NCBI GenBank assembly: GCA_947491315.1
Contig: CANLII010000003.1
Coordinates: 7,970-71,969 of the forward strand
Direction: 5' to 3'
DNA: 64,000 nucleotides
DNA from: Ignavibacteria bacterium
Lineage (GTDB): Bacteria > Bacteroidota > Ignavibacteria > Kapaibacteriales > UBA961
Below, one piece after another: positions 58,550 to 64,000 of the stretch. A program made the position numbers and the translations under genes. Under the pieces are notes generated by a model. It was not told where the DNA came from. It did no database searches and was given only the letters and a program-made list of their open reading frames with translations. Positions within the stretch are counted from its first letter, which is position 1, and every line of letters begins with the position of its first letter.

Positions 58550-59608
58550 ATGATGACAGAACACTATCATAGAAATTCACATGACAGAGAATTGAATGAT
58601 CGAGAGAAATCCATTCTTCGCTCAATTGTGCAATCATATATTTTGACGGCTACGCCCGTTGGTTCAAGATTTCTTTCAAAGACTTCAGAAGAATTCACAT
58701 TGAGCCCGGCCACGATTAGAAATGTAATGGCTGATTTGGAGGAAATGCAATTTATCAGTCATCCACATATATCTGCAGGCAGAGTTCCTACCGATAAAGG
58801 GTATCGTTGTTATGTTGATACTTTAATGGGTGTACAAGCATTACCTGAGCAGGAAAGACATGTTGTAAAAGAACAACTCACTGCTTTGTCACAAGAGCAG
58901 GCCTTGAAAGATGCATCAAAAATTCTAGGTGCATTGTCTCATTGTCTTGCAATTGTGGAATTACCCCAGATGTCGGATATCATCATCAAGCGAGTTCATC
59001 TATTGCCACTTTCATCAGATCGTTTATTGATTGCAATGGAATTGGAGTCAAATATCGTTCGCACGGTCACTTTGGAAACGGATTTATCCGTGGATTCCTC
59101 GGCTCTTGATCAAACTACTACATTCATCAATAGTAGAATCAGTGGTAAATCTATACGATTTGTGCGTGAGCATCTGGTGGAGATGATGATGGAAGGCGTG
59201 AAAGGGCATCATACTTTGCTCAGACTTTTCATTGATTCAATTGATACTTTGCTCAATCCTCATGCGCTCAATGATGAAAAAGTCCATATTGCAGGAGCGC
59301 AACATTTATTGGAGTATCCTGAATTTGATTCCCCAAATCAATTGCGAGGCGTTATAGAATTGGTTGAAAATGAGGATGTGATCATTCATTTATTGGATCA
59401 AAGAGAAGACAAAATTGATAATTCCGTGCAGATTGTGATCGGAAATGAAATGAAAGAGCAGAGATTAATAGAATATAGCATGGTAATGGGTTCATATTCA
59501 ATGAAAGGGGCTTATGGATCGATTGGACTTATTGGTCCAAAACGGATGAATTATGCCAAAATGGTGTCATTGGTCAAATATATGGGACAAGTCTTGTCAC
59601 ATGGCTAA
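58550..59608 (+). CDS. hrcA: heat-inducible transcription repressor HrcA
   Basis: 352 aa. N-terminal winged helix LNDREKSILRSIVQSYILTATPVGSRFLS, and full HrcA colinearity up to ...IGPKRMNYAKMVSLVKYM. Confidence 0.85.
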   Translation: MMTEHYHRNSHDRELNDREKSILRSIVQSYILTATPVGSRFLSKTSEEFTLSPATIRNVMADLEEMQFISHPHISAGRVPTDKGYRCYVDTLMGVQALPEQERHVVKEQLTALSQEQALKDASKILGALSHCLAIVELPQMSDIIIKRVHLLPLSSDRLLIAMELESNIVRTVTLETDLSVDSSALDQTTTFINSRISGKSIRFVREHLVEMMMEGVKGHHTLLRLFIDSIDTLLNPHALNDEKVHIAGAQHLLEYPEFDSPNQLRGVIELVENEDVIIHLLDQREDKIDNSVQIVIGNEMKEQRLIEYSMVMGSYSMKGAYGSIGLIGPKRMNYAKMVSLVKYMGQVLSHG

Positions 59609-59688
59609 TGAGTTTGGTTTTTTGCGGTGAGAGAAGGCGGAAATTTTACTATTTTTGTGGTTGATTCAGTTATTTCAATGAGATCAAA

Positions 59689-60201
59689 GTGAATATTCAA
59701 GTAGTTCTCTTTTCATTGCTCGCAGTGGTAGCCATTGCAACGGGAATTCTGCTCGTAACAAGACGCAATCCTGTTTCTGCTGCAGTTTCACTTATCATGC
59801 ATTTCTTTGCTCTTGCGGGATTATATCTCACTCTGCAAGCTCAATTTATTGCTGCCGTGCAAATCTTGGTATATGCCGGTGCCATCATGGTATTGGTCGT
59901 TTTCGTGATTATGCTTCTAAATTTAGGCAAGGAAGATGTACTTCAGGAAAAATTCAATCCACGAACTGCTCTTGCAATTGCAATGTCATCTGCGCTCATC
60001 ATGCAGATGTTGCTTGCATTTTTAAGCGCACCGACCGGTTTTAATGAGATAGCTCCTTCAGCAGAAAAAATTGGATCTCCCGCAGAAATTGGAAATGTCT
60101 TATTCTCAGGATATATCTTCCCATTTGAAGCTATTTCATTGTTATTGCTTGCTGCCGTAATGGGATCGATCATATTGGCAAAGCGAAATATAGAAGACTA
60201 A
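59689..60201 (+). CDS. nuoJ: NADH-quinone oxidoreductase subunit J
   Basis: 170 aa with 5 transmembrane helices. VVLFSLLAVVAIATGILLVTRRNPVSAAVSLIMHFF and VQILVYAGAIMVLVVFVIMLL match NuoJ/ND6. It appears to start with GTG. Confidence 0.8.
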   Translation: MNIQVVLFSLLAVVAIATGILLVTRRNPVSAAVSLIMHFFALAGLYLTLQAQFIAAVQILVYAGAIMVLVVFVIMLLNLGKEDVLQEKFNPRTALAIAMSSALIMQMLLAFLSAPTGFNEIAPSAEKIGSPAEIGNVLFSGYIFPFEAISLLLLAAVMGSIILAKRNIED

Positions 60202-60233
60202 TCATAATATCGAAAGACCATACAGAGTAAACC

Positions 60234-60548
60234 ATGAATCTTACTTCCATACCATTAGAATATTATTTGGCCTTATCATCAATCATTTTTGTGATTGGTG
60301 CTGCAGGTGTCATCACTCGCAGAAATGCCATTATCATATTCATGTGCATTGAAATGATGCTTAATGCGGTAAATCTTACATTGGTTGCCTTCTCAGCATA
60401 TCTTGGAGATTCAGCCGGTCAAATGTTTGTATTTTTCGTGATGGCTGTCGCCGCCGCAGAAGCCGCAGTTGGTTTGGCTATTGTACTTGCTTTATTCAGA
60501 TCCAGACAAACTGTGTATGTGGATGAAGTGAATCTCATGAAGTGGTGA
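60234..60548 (+). CDS. nuoK: NADH-quinone oxidoreductase subunit K
   Basis: 104 aa with 3 transmembrane helices. [21 protein letters not shown] and [17 protein letters not shown] are the NuoK/ND4L signature. Confidence 0.85.
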   Translation: MNLTSIPLEYYLALSSIIFVIGAAGVITRRNAIIIFMCIEMMLNAVNLTLVAFSAYLGDSAGQMFVFFVMAVAAAEAAVGLAIVLALFRSRQTVYVDEVNLMKW

Positions 60549-60570
60549 GTTATCAAATACTTAAGATGTA

Positions 60571-60597
60571 AAACTCCCAAATGGGAGTTTTTTTTTG
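60571..60597 (+). terminator. intrinsic terminator after nuoK
   Basis: AACTCCCA-AA-TGGGAGTT hairpin followed by T9. It lies 23 bp after the nuoK stop. Confidence 0.75.
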
Positions 60598-60850
60598 ATC
60601 AAAGGCGTAGAATTATTGCAAGAAAAATGCACAAGACTCGTCAACAAGCCCCATTGCGGAAAAATTGTTTCATGTAAGGTTCAGTCTTGACTGACTGTCT
60701 TTACGGTATCGAGTACACCACTCATTTCGATACGGAAGAGCACTCTCTTTCCCACTTTTCGCCACCCACCAGTAGCAGTGATATGCTGGATTCACCACCC
60801 GGCATATACATGAACATGATTGGACCGAATATGGAATAATCTTCCACAAC

Positions 60851-60890
60851 AAAAAATCCCTTCAGATAACTAATCTGAAGGGATTTTGAT
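60851..60890 (-). terminator. intrinsic terminator after the cytochrome c gene
   Basis: 11-bp stem AATCCCTTCAG / CTGAAGGGATT with a 9-nt loop. On the minus strand it is followed by a T6 run (complement of A6 at 60851-60856). It lies about 20 bp after the cytochrome c stop (60907). Confidence 0.75.
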
Positions 60891-60906
60891 TTTCGGATCT
60901 TTTCTT

Positions 60907-61365
60907 TTACTTGCTTGCTTTTCGTACTTTCTTCACATCAGCTTCGGAAACAATTCCTCCATTGTTTCCCCATGAATTTAGTACAAAAGTAATGACTGCC
61001 GCAGCATCTGCATTGGTGTACTTTGCCGGAAGTGCTGTCATCACATTATTGAATTTCTTTCCATTGACGATGATTGGTCCTTTTAAACCATTGACCACAT
61101 TGTCGGTAACAACTTTTGCGCCTTTGGTTTTGACATAATCTGAACCTGCAAGGGGAGGATAGACTGTGGACAATCCTTGTCCATTAGCTTGATGACATGT
61201 TTTGCAATACTCAGTATACACAACTTGTCCTCTTTTCATGAGAGCCGCTTTGTCTGGACCTGCTGCATGTATGGTATCGGAAAAAATCAATAAACCTACG
61301 ATTGCAATCGCGAATTGCATGAACGATGTTTTCATCGTTTTCCTCTGTTTAAAAATGTGAAACAT
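60907..61365 (-). CDS. mono-haem class I c-type cytochrome (exported)
   Basis: Signal peptide (internal Met MKTSFMQFAIAIVGLLIFS), a haem-binding CKTCH motif, and a downstream Met ligand region (NVMTALP). About 140 aa. Confidence 0.75.
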   Translation of the reverse strand: MFHIFKQRKTMKTSFMQFAIAIVGLLIFSDTIHAAGPDKAALMKRGQVVYTEYCKTCHQANGQGLSTVYPPLAGSDYVKTKGAKVVTDNVVNGLKGPIIVNGKKFNNVMTALPAKYTNADAAAVITFVLNSWGNNGGIVSEADVKKVRKASK

Positions 61366-61369
61366 ATGA

Positions 61370-62107
61370 TCAATGTTTGGGTGAACAACAATTATGCTCT
61401 AGATGCATATTCAAAGGAGCTTCTATACTTGGAATTTGATCCGGAAGAATCGGACTTATCATTGGGATTCCTAGAGAGAGACCACGCAAAATGAATATCA
61501 CTGCAATGATTGCTGTTCCTATCGGTAAAGCATTCTGTATATATCGTTGAAACGTTTGATTCTTGAAAGAGGACAAACTTCCTATAAGGAGCAAAGATGG
61601 AATCGTGCCTATTCCAAAAATCAACATCCATAATGCACTTCTTGAAATAGAGCCGGCATTGAGCGATCCGAGAAATGCGGCATATAAAAATCCGCAAGGG
61701 AGAAGGCCATTTATCATGCCAAGTAAAAAATCACCTTTGACGGTTCTTTCTTTCCAATACGATTGTGTTTTTTGTTGAATGACGGAATAGAATGTTCCGA
61801 AGGAGCGAATAATAGGTAATCTAGACATCAATCTCGATGGTATAACAATCATGAGTAGCATCAAAATTCCGGCAATGATAGAAATAGCTTCCTGTGATGC
61901 CGCCAATCGTAAAGCCCCACCCGAAAATCCAATGAGAATGCCGATGAATGAGTAGATGCCAATTCTTCCTGCATGATAGGAAAGTTTTGATAGAAATGGT
62001 CTTTTGCCATGAAGTACGAGCACAATAGGTCCGCACATTCCCATGCAATGCAAACTGCCGAGCAAACCCATTGTCAATGCTGTTATATATAATACTTCAC
62101 TTGTCAT
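61370..62107 (-). CDS. TauE/SafE-DsbD_2-like membrane protein associated with the cbb3 accessory cluster
   Basis: 245 aa with 6-7 transmembrane helices and a GSLHCMGMCGPI motif in TM1 and LPCG in a later helix. It overlaps fixH by 4 bp. This arrangement follows ccoG-ccoH in Bacteroidota cbb3 loci; the family assignment is from memory. Confidence 0.5.
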   Translation of the reverse strand: MTSEVLYITALTMGLLGSLHCMGMCGPIVLVLHGKRPFLSKLSYHAGRIGIYSFIGILIGFSGGALRLAASQEAISIIAGILMLLMIVIPSRLMSRLPIIRSFGTFYSVIQQKTQSYWKERTVKGDFLLGMINGLLPCGFLYAAFLGSLNAGSISRSALWMLIFGIGTIPSLLLIGSLSSFKNQTFQRYIQNALPIGTAIIAVIFILRGLSLGIPMISPILPDQIPSIEAPLNMHLEHNCCSPKH

Positions 62108-62544
62108 TTTGTAAATCTCTGCTCTGCATAAAATGTAGTATTATCTGATTTCCATTCAATTTTGGCAATCCATAATCCTGTTTGCAATGTTGCAATGGAA
62201 AATAGTTGCTCTGCACTTCCTGCTGCTATTTTGATTTCTTTGTCCAAATCGGATTCCGAAGGACGATATAGATGTATCGCTCCGCTTTCCGGAGTATTTG
62301 GAAATTGTATAGAAAGTATCTCGCCATTATGTGTCACCGATAAAACTTCTGATAATATCATTGTATTTTTCTCGGCTAACATCTTTGCATCATATTTCAA
62401 TTCATCCGCATAATATTGTGTGCTCACGAGATCCACTTTTTGCGTGAAGGAGAAAATCATGAAGCCGATTGTTGCCAAAGCAAAAGTCGTATAGATGAGT
62501 GCAATGCGCCATCCCCAATGAAATCTTGTTTGTTTCTTTTCCAT
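62104..62544 (-). CDS. ccoH: FixH/CcoH-family protein
   Basis: 146 aa with a single N-terminal transmembrane helix (WRIALIYTTFALATIGFMIFSF), then a periplasmic beta-rich domain. It sits directly downstream of ccoG. Confidence 0.65.
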   Translation of the reverse strand: MEKKQTRFHWGWRIALIYTTFALATIGFMIFSFTQKVDLVSTQYYADELKYDAKMLAEKNTMILSEVLSVTHNGEILSIQFPNTPESGAIHLYRPSESDLDKEIKIAAGSAEQLFSIATLQTGLWIAKIEWKSDNTTFYAEQRFTK

Positions 62545-62554
62545 GATATCTCCT

Positions 62555-63973
62555 TTATGGTGCTATGAAAGCACTTTGAACCGTTTCTAGAATTTTGCCA
62601 TTCGAATACATACCGAATTGAATGATTGTTTTTCCTGATACTGCTGAATTCTTCGGAATGGAAATGAGTATTCTGCTCTGGAGAGTAGCGAATTCCTTGA
62701 CGGGGGTGAATGAACCCAATAGCTTCATTGATGCATTTTTCGGGGACAAAATCTTGATCTCTATATCTTTATCACCAAATGTTTTATTCGTGATCATCAC
62801 ATTGAAGAGATTACCAATCGCATCATTGCCTTGCTTGATAAATGTTGTTCCGGATTGTCGTAAAATCAACGTTTCAGTTTCTGTCCTTTTTGAAAACATA
62901 TATCCAAGGATGGTGATGAGTATGACCCATACCGCAAGATATGCTTTCACTCTTGCAGTGAAGACTTTTGCTGTTCCATTCTTCACGGCCTCCCAGGAAG
63001 TATATCTGATGAGTCCTTTTGGCTTGTTGATTTTTTTCATTACAATATTGCAAGCATCAATGCAAGCGGTGCAGTTCACACATTCAAGTTGAATACCGTT
63101 TCTGATGTCTATACCCGTTGGACATACAACCACACATTGATGACAATCGATGCAATCACCTTGATTGCTCTGTACATCTGATTTACGATGGTGTTGTTTT
63201 CCTCTAGGTTCTCCACGCAAGAAATCATAGGTCACAGCAATGGTATGTTTGTCAACCAATACTGATTGATATCTGCCATATGGACATGCTATCAAGCAGG
63301 CCTGCTCTCTGAATCGAGAAAATACTGCATAAAACACGAAACTGAATACTATAATCATTCCAAGACCAGCAAGATGATTCATTTGATCATCAAGTTGTAT
63401 CTTGAGCAGTTCATCTCTTCCGATGATATATGCAAGAAATGTATGTGCGATTGCGAATGAAAGACCAAAGAAAATGGCATGTTTGAAGCTCTTCTTTACA
63501 ATTTTCTTCTTTGTCCATGGTGAAGCATTCAGTATGGCCTGCTCTTTTGGAGAACCTTCGATGAACCATTCGATTCTTCGAAAAATCATTTCGAGGAAAA
63601 TGGTTTGAGGACACATAAAGCCACACCAAATCCTACCAGCGATTGCTGTGAAGAGAGCAACAGATAGAAGAGATGATAGAGCTAGTACTACGATTAAATG
63701 AAAATCTTGTGGCATGAAAGGAATACCAAATACGATAAACATTCTTTCGGGAAGATTGAGTAACATGAATGGATGACCATTCACATAGATATGCGGGCCG
63801 GCAAAAAAAAATGTCAATAGTATTGTGGCAATGATCGTACGGGCCGTGTATAAGGTTCCTTTGGGTTGACGGGCGTAAATCCACTTTCGGGAGCCATCGC
63901 GATCTATGCTGGCGAGTTCATTCCGAAAATTCTCAACATCCTCAACTGGGACATCAATTATGGACATATTCAA
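62555..63973 (-). CDS. ccoG: cytochrome c oxidase accessory protein CcoG/FixG (polyferredoxin)
   Basis: 472 aa. N-terminal transmembrane helices carry the CxxxC motif (RIWCGFMCPQT). There are two 4Fe-4S ferredoxin motifs (CIDCHQCVVVCP, CVNCTACIDAC) and the typical C-terminal periplasmic domain. Confidence 0.85.
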   Translation of the reverse strand: MNMSIIDVPVEDVENFRNELASIDRDGSRKWIYARQPKGTLYTARTIIATILLTFFFAGPHIYVNGHPFMLLNLPERMFIVFGIPFMPQDFHLIVVLALSSLLSVALFTAIAGRIWCGFMCPQTIFLEMIFRRIEWFIEGSPKEQAILNASPWTKKKIVKKSFKHAIFFGLSFAIAHTFLAYIIGRDELLKIQLDDQMNHLAGLGMIIVFSFVFYAVFSRFREQACLIACPYGRYQSVLVDKHTIAVTYDFLRGEPRGKQHHRKSDVQSNQGDCIDCHQCVVVCPTGIDIRNGIQLECVNCTACIDACNIVMKKINKPKGLIRYTSWEAVKNGTAKVFTARVKAYLAVWVILITILGYMFSKRTETETLILRQSGTTFIKQGNDAIGNLFNVMITNKTFGDKDIEIKILSPKNASMKLLGSFTPVKEFATLQSRILISIPKNSAVSGKTIIQFGMYSNGKILETVQSAFIAP

Positions 63974-64000
63974 TCCCTCCCAGAATCAGAATATGGTAAT

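Noticed and set aside
57140-60906. tmRNA (ssrA) near smpB
   Set aside because: No tRNA-like GGGG...acceptor and T-arm (GGTTCGAATCC-like) ends were found in the non-coding stretches around smpB or in the 60.6-60.9 kb gap.

Overview
This is a 64 kb chromosomal window from a low-GC bacterium, most likely in the Fibrobacterota-Chlorobiota-Bacteroidota (FCB) group. The phylum guess rests on a PorX-like response regulator with a PglZ domain, a fused cbb3 oxidase gene (ccoNO), DUF5683 and YARHG proteins, and a BshC-like gene. Gene density is high and dominated by housekeeping functions: dnaG, recF, dnaN, dnaA, smpB, hrcA, purQ/purS, dxr, rlmN, tsaE, pdxH, ribE, tatA/tatB/tatC, three tRNAs, and many exported or outer-membrane proteins. 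I found no CRISPR array, integrase, transposase, restriction-modification or toxin-antitoxin signature, so no mobile element or defence island is claimed.

The points I think deserve a second look:
- a ClpB-like gene cut off after its first ATPase domain (NBD1) and abutting pdxH
- an in-frame fusion of a TatD hydrolase to a signal-peptide plus beta-barrel domain
- a candidate oriC/DnaA-box and AT-rich unwinding region upstream of dnaA
- a small cysteine-rich exported protein translationally coupled between a CNNM/CorC transporter and a TonB-dependent receptor
- a GC-rich, partly duplicated structured element in the leader of an NlpC/P60 gene
- a lone nuoJ-nuoK pair after hrcA
- a cbb3 system split into ccoNO and a distant ccoG-fixH-TauE-like-cytochrome c cluster
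- an AT-rich segment carrying a DUF2306 and a YARHG gene

Many neighbouring genes overlap by 4 bp (ATGA), consistent with translational coupling. Several start codons are uncertain, including one probable TTG start.
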